Assembly (NCBI RefSeq): GCF_963921235.1
Contig: NC_086097.1
Coordinates: 69,070,001-69,134,000, forward strand
DNA from: Mobula hypostoma
Taxonomy: Eukaryota
Reading direction: 5' to 3'
DNA: 64,000 nucleotides
Below the pieces are notes generated by a model that saw nothing but the letters and a program-made list of their open reading frames with translations, was not told the DNA's origin and searched no databases. The translations under genes were made by a program, and so were the position numbers. This document shows positions 35,351 to 49,413 of the stretch, one piece after another. Position 1 is the first letter of the stretch. Each line of letters opens with the position of its first letter.

Positions 35351-38300
35351 AGGAAGAGTCAGCATGGCTTTTTGCGAGGCAAGTCATGTCTTACTAGCTT
35401 GATTGAGTTTTTTGACAAGGTGACGAGAGTGATTGATGAAGATAGAGCTGTGGATGTTGTCTATATGGATTTTAATAAGGCATTTGACAAGGTTCTTCAT
35501 GGGAGCTTCATCCAGAATGTTAAGATGCATGGGATCCATGGTGAATTGGCTGTTTGGATTCAGAATTGTCTTGCCCATGGAGACAGAGGGTAGTGTCAAA
35601 CGGACATACTCTAGCTGGAAGTCTGTGATTAATAAAGTGCCACAGGGACTTGTACTGGAGCCTCTGTTGTTTGTAATATAAATGACCTGGATGAAAATGT
35701 AAATGGTGGGGTAGTAAGTTTGCAGATGGTACAAAAATTGATGGTGTTGTGGATAGCATAGATGACTGGCAAAGAATGCAATGGGGTATACAGTAGATCA
35801 GTTGCAGATATTGTATGAGCAGAGGAAAGGCAGATGGAGTTTAACCTGGCTAGATGCGAAGAATTGCACCTTGGTAGGTCAAATGCAAAGAGACAATACA
35901 CTGATAACAGCAAGACCCTTAACAGTGTTAATGATCAGCAGGGATCTTGGGGTCCAAATTAATAGCTCCCTTAAAGTGGCTACACAGCTTGATTGGACAG
36001 TTAAGAAGACTTATGGCATGCTTGCCTTTATTAAGTCAAGGCATTGAGTTCAAAAGTCGGGAAGTTATGTTGCCGCTTTATAAAACTCTAGTTGGGCTGC
36101 ATCTGGATTACTGCATACAGTTCTGGTGGCCCCATTATAGGAACAATGTCGAGGCTTTGGAGAGGGTGCAGAAGAGGTTAACCAGGATGTTGCCAGGAGT
36201 AGAGGGCATATGCAAAAACAAGAGGTTGGACAAACATGTGTTGTTTCCTTTGGAATGGTGAATGCTGATGGGAGATCTGGTAGAGGTTTAAAGATTATGA
36301 GAGGCATAGATAGAGAAGGCAGTGTCTTTTCCCTAGGGCTGAAATGTCCAATACCAGCAGAGATGCACTTAAGGTGAGAGAGGGTAATTTCAGGCTTTTT
36401 ACACAGAGTGTGGTGGCTGCCTGGAATGCACTGCCTGAGGTAGTGGTAGAGGCAGATATATTAGTGACTTTTAAGAGACGTTATATAGGCATATGAATGT
36501 GAAGAAAATGGAAGGATATGAACATTGTGTAGGCAGAAGAGACTAATTTATAGTTGGCCATTTGATTACTGTCTTAATTAGTTTGGCAGAACATTGTGGG
36601 CCAGAAGGCTTGTTCCTAAGCAGTACTGTTCTTTTCTGTGTTCTGTGCCTTTTCTGTCATTGCCTTTCCAAATGCTGGTAGGTCCTGACACTCAGAATCC
36701 CCTGCAGAAACTTTCCCACCTCTGATATTAGGCTCACTAATCTGTAGTTCACGGGCTTGTCCTTGTCGCACTTTTAGAAAATAAGCACGACGACAGTCAT
36801 GTTTCAGTGTTCTGATATCTTAGCCACGGCTAAAGGTATCACTGCCAAGGCCTTGCTTCACACAAAATCCTAGAATACACTCGGCCAGCAGATTTGTCAA
36901 CCTCAATTTGTGATAAGACCACCAGCACCTCCTCTTTTTTTCATGTGGATCAAACTATATCCCCACAGTTACTCTATCAGACACAATTCTTCACATTGCA
37001 TTGTGGAAGCATCCTGTTTATAGTGGTCAGACATTTGCCCTGAAAATCGTGAGTTACAGAAAGGAGCTATCCTCACTACAACACTTGGCCCTGAGATCCA
37101 ATGGCCCTACCTTCAACTGTCCTGCAAAAGGCGGTCAGCCTTACTGCTAATTGCTTAGCCTGAAGCCCTGTATCACTGTTCATTGAACATTTTACCTCCT
37201 TTCACCCTCATACGCCTATAAAATCCCTTGTTATTTTGCTATTCTTAGTTCCTGCGCCTATTCTTCCTAATTGCTCATTTTGGTTTCTGCTGATCTAATT
37301 ACAAGCCTTTTTTTAAAAAAAAATACTTAGGTCTCAATCTTTGTTCTAAGCATTTAATATTGTCATGGAACCCTTGCCCTTTTTCATAATCAATTTAACA
37401 TGGAGCTGATTTTGTAATTTCTTGTTAAATCTACTCCATTATTAGAATGCTATTTGGCCTGACATTTTTCAAAATAATTAATCTGGGTTGATCCCAATTC
37501 ATATGACAGAAATAATTTAAATTCCACTCTATAATATTTGATTCAATGCCTTCTTTATTTTAAATGTAAACTTCAATGGATTATACCTGAATATTCTCGA
37601 TGTTAAACTATTTATTACTGTAGAATATTCAGCCCAGTGCATGTTCAGCATGCTGATAAGAAAGTGACCGTCCCTATGTTGAATGGAACTGGGAGTTATC
37701 TTTTGCACATGTGATCCGCAATCCCAAACAATCCACTGGCTGGTGGCAGGATTATCACATGTAGAAGATGGCACATTTAAATTCCCCTGCTACCATACAG
37801 GAAACAGTACCCTAGCATAAAAGCTAGGACCAACAGGCTCTGGGACAGCTTCTTCCACCAAGCCATCAGACTGATTAACTCATGCTGATACAATTGTATT
37901 TCTATATTGTAATGTAAAGACTTTTACTCCTCATGTATATGAAGGATGTAAGTAATAAAGTCAATTGAATTCAAGATGTTACCATTACAATAATACTCAC
38001 TCCAATGTTTGCCTAACAAGAGTCAAAACAAGCCAGCTGGACTAGGGGAGAAGGCCGGGAACTGGGGTTGAGGAGGAGATAGAAGAAAGGATCAGCCATG
38101 ATTGAATGGCAGAGCAGATTCAAAGGGCTGGATGGCCTAATTCTGCTCCTGTGTTTTATGGTCTTATGGACTAGCACTTGATTATACATCCAAGTCAGAA
38201 ATGGAACTGTGCATACGTGGGAGCCCTTAATGCAACTTTAACTCTTACACCAGTCCAGATGTAGCACCTGCATGGTAGGGGTTACCAAAAGCATTTCAAA

Positions 38301-41300
38301 CCAGATGTATAAAATGCACACATTTCATTACATTTGACAAAGTATGTTCAAGCCCAAATCAGACAATGGGATGTGTAATAATGGATAAACCTACACCATC
38401 TGTTATACGTCAAAAAAGGAATCATTTTGTCAATATATTTGGGGTCCATTCACAGTGCAGGGTGATCCACTTTGAGCTGGGAGGAGGAGGAAGGGGTAGC
38501 ATTCACCAAGATATTGGAGAGTTTTTTCTACAACTGCTTTTTATGAGCTAGAATATAAGGGAGATAATTAGGGGTTTTTATTCATAACAACATGGGGTGA
38601 ATTGACAGTGCATTATGACTGCACTCCAAACAGATGGGTCAAGTTAGACTGATAGGTTAAGTTAGATGGGGTCAAGTTAAATGGGTGAAATGCTCCTTTA
38701 CTGCACTTCTTACATTGAAGTTAAAAGTAAACCCTATTTTACAGATAGGTAAATATTTTTGGATAAATATTACATTTTGCAATCTTAAATGAGTAACCTA
38801 TAATTTAAGTAAATTTATTTTCTTTTTCTGGTAATATAAAAGGTCACATTTCTACCATCGTACTAAGTGAACTTCCAACGCTAAACAATAGATCATTCAG
38901 TTGAAGAATGAAGGCATTGGTTCCTGAATTAGAGGAGATATTTTATTAGTTCTAATGGTCACAGCTAACATGTGGAGGAGTCATTTTACAGTGAAGGGTA
39001 GTATGCCACTCATGTCATGACATTCCCCTCAGCCACATGCCAAATTTTCAGTATAATAACATATTATCAATAAGACAAACATTAAGTATACAAAACTCTA
39101 GATGAGATCCAACTAAATTCACTAAATATACCAGGCTTTCTCTGAGAAGTAGTGGATATAGACGACTGATACCACCAGTAAAGCAGTAGAGCAATGGACC
39201 AGGCTGTCCAGAGCAGGCCACATTCTACATATCTACACTACCATGCTTTCCTTGCATTCTCACCACCCATATCTTCAGTAAGATAATAACAAGCCTATGT
39301 GTGGGCTACAGGAGTTCATCTAGTCAGCATCAAATTACAGGAAATCATAACTCATAAAGAGTGTGATATAAATTGCATGATTGCACTACTTTCTGGTGAT
39401 GTGTTCAGTGGCGTGACTCAGCAGCAACATCAGGTATTGAGAAATGGACCTCTGTGAATGTACCTACATGGCATTTCAAATGATCATACCATGTCACAGC
39501 TCCTTGTTAAAACATCTGAGTAACATAAGTGTCTCCAGAAATAGACACAATTCCAAGCACTGCCTTCACAGCACAAAATTAGTAGGTAGACAGAGTAAAT
39601 GAGCCTCCTTCAATAAATGCAACATCACATTGACTCATTGGGATTTCTGGCATACAATCACTTAAAGTAGAGGGTGAATATTTGGGATTGTATTGAGAAT
39701 CTCAAACCATGCATCAGGAATACACAGAAGCAGCAGAAGGGGAAGGCCATTTCACAAATTACCCATCCCTCATTGCATTGGTCAAAACCGGCCCCATCTG
39801 GAGTTCCCACATTGGTATCATTAGCCATCTCAGAATACCCCAAAGCCAGAGTGGAAGTAAGTTACCCTCGATTCCAAGAGAAGAAAATGCAGGTGCAAGA
39901 TGGGACACAATTACATTATTTTCAAACCTAACAATAAACTATTAAACTAACATGTTGTCTTTCTGTGAGTGTATTTAGCAAATCGCTGTCTGAATACATG
40001 CCTGCAGCTCCCAGCTTCCTTCTGATCAGTAACCAGTTCTATCAAGGGCATTTCGCTGCCTAAGTTTTCTATTCCTGACAGAAGCTCAAATGTTGATCTA
40101 CAGTATATTCTTCAAATGCTTCAAATCTGATACAAAAATTGAACATTTTTGCATTATTCATGTTACGAGATCTATGAGTACATCTTTATAGTTTAGAGAT
40201 TTTCTCATTTATGTTTCTTCCAAAAGGATTTTTATTCATTTTTCAACCATGCCCTTTTTCTGTATACTTGGTTTTCTTCTCACTTTCTTGAGTATACCTT
40301 GTAATTGCTTTCATAAAATATGGCCATTTTAGTTAACGTCACTGTTTCCGCCAAAACAGTAAAAATGCTGTAGATACTCAAAAGGATAGGCAGCATCTGA
40401 GGAGGAAAAGTAGGAATGATGTTTCAGGGCCTTTCAGCATCTACAGTCCCTTATTTTTCAGTTTGATATTCTTTTTTCAAGCCCAGAGCCGATTCTATTC
40501 TTAATAGGCTAGATAAAGAAATAATGAATCATTATTTTCCATCAAGAAATAATTGATGTAAAGAAACAAGAGATGGTTGCATTTTATGAAGAAGAAAAAG
40601 GTACAACCAAGACCAACCAAAAACATAGAAGACTAGTTGACTTCTTTTATTCCTAAAATTGTCTTATTTTGTTTCCAAATATTTAATCAAATAGATCCTT
40701 TACACATTTATCTGACCTGAGGCATTAATTTTATATCAATGCACCTGACCTTGTATATTATATAGCCAATCACCACCAGGTTTTTGATCCTAATGTACTT
40801 CACCTGACACAAAAACAAATGCAGATGACAATATCAACTGAATTTTACCTGATCATTCAAGTTATGGAAAATGTAATTGCAACACCAGAATTATGTCTTG
40901 TTAATTTTCAAAATAAAACTCAACATAATGTGGTGAATTCTAAATTAGAAATTCACAACTCTTGTTTTTGTTAATACATGAGACTCCTCCAAAAATAATT
41001 TTTAATGCATACTTTTCGTATACTAGGGACCTGTTGTAGCCCCACCTACTGTACACAGTACAAAGTTATAACAGTGATCTACCTTCAAAAGTCAATGTAT
41101 ACACACTTGAATAAGCTGATCATTTTCTTCATTAATGAAGTATAAATATTACACTGTCAAGTCCATTGGAAATGTATTTGTTCCACTAAAAGATGTATTT
41201 TTAAAATAAAGCTGAATTGTTAAATTGAATTGTATTCTGATCAAGTTATAATTCTCTTTATCAAATTATCCATTTTAATGAGGCCATCTGCAAGATTCCC

Positions 41301-41399
41301 ATAATCTCCACAAGAAACAGCCCAACCCAGCGTATGCAAGCGATTTGACGAATGAGGGAGTCCAGACCAAAGCACAGCAGCAGCTCCCTAGTGGCTCAC

Positions 41400-41485
41400 C
41401 CACAGGCTGCATTTGCTGCACATTGCCCCAGCTGTCTCCCCAGACGTCGCGCCCTTCCCAGCAGCCACTGCAACACAACCACCAT
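41400..41485 (-). CDS. Candidate first coding exon of an unidentified host gene (MVVVLQWLLGRARRLGRQLGQCAANAAC.., phase 2; whole exon 41521-41400)
   Basis: Acceptor CTATTGCAG|G at 41522/41521, Kozak GAGATGG, donor GTGG|GTGAGC at 41400/41399; GC-rich, no repeat recognised; 1.1 kb downstream of a candidate promoter exon. No homology recognised. Confidence 0.3.
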
Positions 41486-42637
41486 CTCAGATGGAGATCA
41501 GTTCCTCTTAAATTACTAGTCCTGCAATAGTGACAGTACATCCAACCAGAAATGCAAGTAAGGACCATTCATCAGTAAACACAATGCACTTTAAAAAGAT
41601 TCCAAGCCAACAATCAACCTTAGGTTTCTGTCACAGAAGTAAAATAGTCTGTTGTCTGTATTGAGATGTATAAAGGAAGCATATTCGGAATGACTAAAAA
41701 AAAGTCACCATAATACCCAAGACACAGATGAAAAGCAAAATGATTAATGCATTTGAACATCTCCACCTGCCCCAGCCAGATGAGATGCAAAAAGACAGTA
41801 AAATATTTATATATCCTTATTTGAGTCTTTACATGCCTTTCATTTCACAAAATGCCACCATTTTGTCTAGATGAGCTTCCTCCTCAAATTAAATATTAAT
41901 AGGTTAATGAAGATATATCCATGAAAATACAGGTCTAGATTTCCTTACTATACTGGACAATCTTAAGCACATATTTCTTATATTTGAACAAAGATACTTA
42001 AGCAGAGAACCATAATAAAAAATTTTAATCCCTTAAAATCACCGGTTCAACACATCATTGAAATTATATTAATCTGCATCAACTAGTGTGGAAATTAATG
42101 CCATAGAAAAACAGTTGAACATGGAAGCAAATTAGAATTAAGCTCCTGGCGATAGGATATATTTACAACTAATGATAGAGGCTGCAGTTAAATAGTAGGC
42201 CCTTTGGTATGTGGAAGATTATGCCTACGCTACTCCTTAGAATGAACAATACCCGGTTCTGCAAGTGTGTGAAAATACCATCTTAATTATATGTGTCATT
42301 AATAATGCATTATTACATTGTACAACATATTTAGCCTTATTATTAAGTCATTTGCAAATTCTATAGGTACATTTTCTCAAAAACAAAACTAAAAGTTAAA
42401 ACAAAAATAATGGGCTGGTGCCTGTGCACTAAAAGCCTAGGCCTTCATCTTATTCCAATCTGCAAAGTACAGTGTATTGATGCAGCAGCCCCCTCGTAAA
42501 ATTTGAATAATGCCAAACACAAAGAAGAAAGTCTGTGTAGGCGTTTTCCTTGCACCACAACAGAGTTTAATTCTGAAGTCTATGTTTACCACCAATTGTT
42601 ATTTTTAAAAAGGAAGTCTTAATGGCAAAGAACTCAC

Positions 42638-42760
42638 CCTTTCCCTTTATGCCATCTTCCTTTCGGTTTGTTCAGATCTGTAGGATGCGCTAGGAGGTGC
42701 CTCGTTTGACCTGCTGCATGCTGCTATGACATCAGTCAGATGATACAGCTCATTATGGGA
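42638..42760 (-). other. Candidate non-coding first exon
   Basis: Strong donor AAGG|GTGAGT at 42638/42637 just downstream of an X-box and CCAAT cluster; 5' end unknown. Confidence 0.4.
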
Positions 42761-42769
42761 CAGACTACT

Positions 42770-42783
42770 GTTGCTATGGAAAC
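42770..42783. promoter_or_regulatory. RFX X-box
   Basis: GTTGCTATGGAAAC closely fits the X-box consensus GTTGCCATGGCAAC; nearby minus-strand CCAAT (42816-42820) and TGACATCA (42727-42734). Confidence 0.55.
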
Positions 42784-43809
42784 CGAGATGTGCCGTGAAT
42801 TTCTACTGCAGGCCTATTGGCACTTCGAATAAGGTGGTCCCTCAACGTGCTGTCAGAATTTGGCTGCAAATGGCAGTTTTCTATAAAAAGAGACAAGTAA
42901 GAAGGATCCGCCTCACAGCACCAGGCTTTCTGCAAGGCAGAACATTTCGTTTGGAATTATATGCAGAAAAGGGGCAGCAGAGAAGGAAGTGTGCATTTTG
43001 CCTCCTAGAAGCACTGAGGAAAGAATTCTAATAAAGCAAAAGTATCATTCTGTTAACAAAAAAAAAAGACAAGTTAGTCTCCAAGAGATTAGGGGCTACA
43101 TATTAACTTTGACTCTGTTCAATAAATCATCTGGAGTTAAATCAGCTGCTTCTTATACACAATGGAAAAGAGAATCAGTGAGGTGCATAACAAGCAACAG
43201 AAGGGTGGTGGCTTGAAAGTGACTTTAGCACAACAAGTACACAGGCGATTTCATCTTGACAGGCCGCAAGGAAACTGAGGTACCCATTCAGCTTCAATCA
43301 GCCATCTTTACATATAAACCAATTTCCTATGACACACTTGAGATTTTGGAATAGAAGTAGATATAGAATATTCTGTGCTGCCTCTCTTCAGATTTATAGA
43401 ATGGCACTGCAGAAGACATACTAAAATATATGTTTAACAAAATTGTGGGTCAGGAGGAGCAGGGGATTCAGTTACTGTCATATAACCCACTAACTCTGGC
43501 ACATCACACTTCCAAGGCCTCAAGATATTTCACCATTCACAGCAGATAAATATTCAGCAGCCAAAGTCTACCCTAGAGCACAAAAGTCAGTGTCAGTCCA
43601 CTAACAACAGCTCAGTGGTTACTGCCAGAAATGATATTCAAGAACTCTCTTTCGAAAATTCTACTTCAGCCAAAGCTATGAGATTTACCACAGGATGAAT
43701 AGAAGGGTATTTCTGTAAGCTTCTATTTACAGATCTACTGAAGGAAAATACATGTCTACTTTCCTTTATATTCATTTGAATGATTTCATCTATTTGGACA
43801 CCACATCAC

Positions 43810-43943
43810 AGTGATGAAAGGTCTCAGTCCAAAGGGTCAAATGTTTATTCCTCTCCATTGATGCCGCCTGACCTGCTGAGTTCCTCCAGCATTTTGTGTG
43901 TGTTCTTCTGGTCTCCAGCGTCTGCAGAATCTCTTGTGTTTAT
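43810..43943 (+). mobile_element. Penelope pLTR copy, decayed hammerhead
   Basis: GTGATGAAAGGTCTCAGTCC..GATGCCGCCTGACCTGCTGAGTTCCTCCAGCATTTTGTGTG..GCGTCTGCAGAATCTCTTGTGTTT. Confidence 0.75.
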
Positions 43944-43974
43944 GACTGCAGAGAGCTCATTTTTGAAGATAGTA

Positions 43975-45180
43975 AATCATAAGACCAAAAGAAATTAGGC
44001 CACATAGCCCACTGAGTTGGCTCCGCTGTTTCATCATGGCTGATCCATTTCCCACTCAATCCCATTCTCCTGCCATCCCCGTAACCCTTCATGCCCTGAT
44101 TAATCAAGAACCTATCATCCTCCACCTTAAATACATCCAATGACCTGGCCTCTGCAGCTGCTTGTGGCAACAAATTCCACAGATTCAGCACTTCCCGGCT
44201 AAAGAAATTTTTCCTCACCTTCATTCTAAATGGACATCCCTCTATTCTGAGGTAGTGCCCCCTGGCCCTAGACTCCCACACTATAGGGAACATCCTCTCC
44301 ACATCCACTCCATAGAGAGTTTTCATCATTCAATAGGTTTCAATGAGATGCCCCCTACCTTATTCTTCTAAATTACAATGAGTACAAGCCCAGAACCAAC
44401 AAATGCTCCTCCTATGATAACCCTTCATTTCCAGAATCATTTCTGACCCATCCCCAATGTCACCACATCCTTTCTTAGATAAGGGGCCCAAAACTGATCA
44501 CAGTACTCCAAGTGAGGCCTCACCAGTGTCTTATACAGCCTCAGTATTACATCCGTGCTTTTATATTCCAGTCCTCTCAAAATGAATGCTAACATTTCAT
44601 TTGCCTTCCTCATCACCAACTCAACCTGCAATTTATACTTTAGGGAATCTAGCACGAGGACTCCCAAGTCCCATTGCACCTCAGATTTTCTAATTTTCTC
44701 CATTTAGAAAATAGTCTATGCTTTCATTCCTTCTACCAAGGTGCTTGATCATACACTTCTAATCAATCAGCCAATCCTCTATCCGTGCTAGCATCTTTCC
44801 TGTAACATAATAGGCTCTTATCTTGCTAAACAGTCTCATGTACAGCACTTTGTCAAAGGTCTTCTGAAAATCCAAGTACACAACATCCACCAATTCTCCA
44901 TTGTCTATCCTGCTTGTTATTTCCTCAAAGAATTCTAACAGATTTGTTGGCACAAGATTTTCCCTTAAGGAAACCATGTGCCTCCAATTATCCCAAATTC
45001 TCACCCTTAACAATCGCCTGAACCATCTTCCCGACCACTGAGATCAGGCTAACTAACCTATAATTTCCTTTCTTCTGTCTCTCTCCTTTCTTGAAGAGTG
45101 GAGTGACATTTGCAATTTTCCAGTCCTCTGGAACCATGCCAGACTCTATTGATTCTTGAAAGATCATTATTAATGCATCC
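43975..45180 (-). mobile_element. Deleted CR1 3' half
   Basis: ORF pieces 44988-45182, 44759-45013, 44437-44703 and 43940-44329 with RT and C-terminal motifs. Confidence 0.9.
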
Positions 45181-47039
45181 ACAAGTGACGCAATTGATTA
45201 GATATAGTATTTGCAAAATTATAATAACTAAGAAAAATAACATGAAAATTATGATAATCTGTCAGGATCCACAAAAGAGATCATTTGCTGCCACCACAAG
45301 ATTTCTAATTTAACAATGAACGTTCTCAGGATAAGATAAAATGCAGCCAACAATGCAGGGTGATTTGTCTAGTCATATTTCCCTGAAACCAAACCAAGTA
45401 ATAATTATCAATATATGTCTGTGTATATTACAAGTACATCTGCTTATTGACATGAGTCAAACTACTCAAGCCAGGAAACTCAAAACTGGAAGAAAGTGAG
45501 ATCTTTCTTACCAAAATGCTGTTCTGCTTCTGAGAAACATATTAGCTCAGATCTTGCAATGGGTGGTGTTTGTTCTTTTGGATTCTATACAGCAAGATGC
45601 TGAACATTCAAAAGGCATAAGGCTCTTTACAGATCATGTGGAACCCATGTGGATGAGACAACCAACTATGCAGTTCTTTAAACAATCAGATTGAACTGCC
45701 AATAATGAACAATGCAGTGTCTACATCAAGTGATAAATGCAGATATAATGTTAAATCAGGTTCAGGAAGGCAGGGGATCATGTGGGAGCAAAGATTAGAT
45801 TAAGAAAAAGATGCAGAAAGAATAAGAATTAAAGTATCTTTATTATGTTCAATAACAAAAATCCAAAAGTAAACAACTTCACCGATGAAAAAAACATTTT
45901 TCGGTTATGTAAGCTTGTTAGACATGAACTAAGTCTTATCATATCATTTGATGGCCCTTGCCCCTTTTTCATCTGATTCTCACAGTATCAAGGCCCTGTG
46001 CTAGTACGGAAAGGAGAGGACCGCTGCGATGAAAGTGTAGTCTGTTCTTGACTGCATCAGCTCAGAGGAAGTAAGCCAGAGAAGCCCTTATAAAGTGAAT
46101 CACCAAGCAAGAAGGGAAGGACTTTGACAGGTAATGTATGACTGCAGCAGAGCAAGAACACTTCTACCCCTTTTGCAGAGGTCCTAATCCACACTTGCAA
46201 GTGGGCAGGGAGAGACATCCCGAGAGAAAATCTGCCAGCAGCAACCGAGTTCATCAGTCAGCTCCAGCTTGTGCTGGTGTTTGCACAAAGCATGAGAAAC
46301 ATTCTGTGTGGCATGCAATGGAGTTATTTCTGAGAGTTTTGGTAACTTTCACAGGTGATCCCATGGAAACTCAGAAAGCTCCCACCTTATTTTCCAGATC
46401 TTTTCTTTAGTGATGGGCCTGCACATTGTCTCTAGCCGTTATTTTGTGCAGCAGCATATAGTAAATATGCTCAGGTACCGCCTCAGAAAAGGATAGTGTC
46501 TTTGTGGGATTCCTTTATCTCTGCCAACTTTTCTTACAGTTTCCTCATCCATCTAGAGATACAGTCAGTGTCCTGAGCTTTCAGACTGTGTGAGGTTGGC
46601 CTGCACCTGCAGAATCCTGGAGTAAAAGATCAGCAATCGCCAGCTCCCAAGCTGTAGCTGACAGAGCAACACGTCGCAGGAGCACTGGGATATGTCAACA
46701 ACCACACATGACAGGCACTGGAGGATTGCACAATTGTGGTTCTTAATTACTTGTGTTGACTACTAACCAAATCTGAAGCATTGTTGAAATAAAGTTACTA
46801 TTCCTGGATTGGGTGAATTTAAGGTGGAAGTTGGTAGGTTCTTGATTAGCCATGGCATGAAAAGTTACAGGGAAAAGGCAGGAGAATGGGATTGAGAGGG
46901 AATTGCATTAGCCATGCCAAAATAGCAGAATGGCCTAAATATGCTCCAATGTCTTATGGTCTTATTTGTCAATTATGTTCAAATTGGAAATTGTTGAGTG
47001 CAGGATCCAGATGGTGGACTGAAGAAAGGCAGCTAGCCT

Positions 47040-47345
47040 GTGGCAGTGAGGACTTGTACGACTTTAAGGCACCAGTGATTGGAGTTCAATTCCTGCCACT
47101 CTCTGTACGTTCTCCCTGTAATTGTTTGTGGTTTTTTTCCAGATGTTATGTTTTTTTCACACATTCCAAAGACATATGGGTTAGTGAGTTGTGGGCATGC
47201 TATGTCTGTGCCAGAAGCATGACAACACCAGCAGGCAGCCCCCAGCACCTCCTTGGACTGTGACGGCCATTGATGCAAACGAAGCATTTTGCTTTGTGTT
47301 TGATGTTTTGATGCACATGTGACAAATAAAGATATTCTTTCCAAT
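47040..47345 (+). mobile_element. V-SINE-like element
   Basis: GGAGTTCAATTCC B box, decayed V-domain (CTCCCTGT..CATTCCAAAGAC), tail ending AATAAA. Confidence 0.6.
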
Positions 47346-47602
47346 CTCTTTGCTGATGCAGAGTAGAAGACAGTTGATATTTCTGAGATAAGAGAATGAT
47401 TCAGAATAAAGTATTCTCAGATCACACGTTCACCAGAAGTTCTGGCATCAAGGAACACTCGAAGTTGATACCAGAGCTGATCTTCTTCCTCTTTGTGTTG
47501 CGCTTCCCCATCTCCCCTCTATATTTTGCTGCCCATTAACCAAAAAGGACATACTAAAATGGCAGTAAGAACTGGTCCTTCAATATAACGAGGCTACGGT
47601 AC

Positions 47603-48459
47603 TGGAATTGGAATTGGTTTATTACTGTCATGTGTACCAAGACAAAGAGAAAACTTTTGTTTTGCATGTCATTTGTAAAGGTCAATTTATTACAGCAGTG
47701 CATTGAGGTACTGCAAGGTAAAATGAATTACAGAACACAAAATGCAACGCAGGTAGACAGTCAGGTGCAGTACTAGCATGAGAAAAATTGTGAGGTCAAG
47801 TATCCATTTTATCATATCGGGGGACAGTCTTATAACAGTGGAGAGTGCTGTCATTGTGCCTGGTGGTACAAGTTTTCAGCCTGCTGTATCTTCTGCCTGA
47901 TGGGTAGGTAAAGAACAGAGAGAAGTATAGACAGAGTCCATGGAGAGGAGGCTGGTTTTTATTTAAACCCTGAACTGTGTTCTCAACTCTCTTGCAGTCA
48001 TAGGCAGAGCAGTTGCCATACCAAGCCACGATGCATCCAGAAAGGGTGCCTTTCTGTGATGCATCGAAAAATGTTGGTGAGGGTCAAAGAGGACATGCAA
48101 AACTTCTTTAGTCTCCTGAGAAAGTAGAGGTGCTAGAGACCTTTCTTGCCATAACATCCATTGTTGATGTTCATTCCTAGGAACTACGAGCTCACAACCT
48201 TTCTAACCTTAGCACCACTAATGTAAACAGGAACATATGCACCATCCTTCTTCCAGAAATCAATGACCAAATCTTTTTAGCTGGCATTGAGGCAATGGTT
48301 TTTGTCATGACACACATGTCACTAGGCCTTCTATTTGCTTCCTTTACTGAGATCCATTAAGATTCGAGAGTCGGCCCATTGCATTGGCATCATCTGCAAA
48401 GTTGTAGATGGAGCTAGAACTAGAATCTGGCCGCACAGTCATGAGTGTATAGGGAGTAT
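47603..48459 (-). mobile_element. Old Rex1/Babar LINE 3' fragment
   Basis: MAWYGNCSAYDCK.., (GGAATT)n tail, decayed KFADDA motif near 48390. Confidence 0.65.
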
Positions 48460-49413
48460 TGTTATGTAGTGTAACTCCAAAACATAAAACTAATTGAAAG
48501 AAATATACGTAGCTGGGAGACGCATGTCTACTTCATTTCTTTACTTTAGCAAGAAGTGCGCATATCGTTTGTTGGCATAATGACGTATGCCATTCACATA
48601 CTTTTACATAAAACCCGTCATCAACTATGTAAACGAGGGATGCTTACTCAAACAAAATATTTACAATATTACTGAAATAGTAAATACACAACACTCCTCC
48701 CTGCTTAGATATAAACTCCAACTCAATATAGAATGCATCTCAACTACTATACTGTACATATATGTAGTCACTCGTGTGACTAGTTATGGTAACTACTCAC
48801 ATGAGTGGAGATGTGGTAAAAGGAAAGGGAATAAGTTATATCTCTGTGCTTTGTTCATTTGGAATTTTTTGTTTAGTTCTGGGGGCCAACAGATGTTGTA
48901 TCTTCTGTTGACCACTATATTTCACTTAACTAAACTTCACCATTTCAAGATTGTATGTTTGCTAATTCCTAATAAAGGATCAAATACATTTCTTTGAATT
49001 TTGGAAGAATCATTATTGGAGCCGAGGGTGCATCCTACAAGTATCAACAAATCCATGGGAGTTGCCAGCAGCGACAATTTTGTTTGGTTGGATTTGACCA
49101 CTACACCTACTATATAGATATTCCCAGCCTAGTAAATTTTAAATTGCCCCATTCAGATCCAAAGATTCAGTCTGTGTGAAGGATTTCTCAGTGTTGTGGG
49201 ATAACATCTTTCTTGAAAAGGCAGGGGTCACTCTGTTCGGTAGGAGCAACTTGTCGCTGTAAGACAATCTCAGGTTCTGGGGCCTCCTCCATGGTGGTTG
49301 TAAGTGTTGACTCTGGGGCTGCAGGAAGTGGTTTTGACAGCTCTGAACACTTATCTCCTCTACTGCTCTCCTCAACTTATCAATGCATCATCTCTAGATG
49401 ATTGAAATGCAAT

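Larger units (their letters stand above)
33530..36640 (+). mobile_element. Decayed CR1 (ORF1 end to 3' UTR), apparently inside an older minus-strand CR1 (~33280-33520 and ~36660-36940)
   Basis: LHLNWKGTNI (ORF1), EN remnants, SQHGFLRGKSCLTSLIEFF..DFNKAFDKV, HLDYCIQFW, 3' UTR. Confidence 0.85.

Noticed and set aside
45950..46760. Possible Tx1-like ORF1 remnant (also ~12600-13560)
   Set aside because: GC-richer than the flanks but with no motif I can match confidently; left unannotated.
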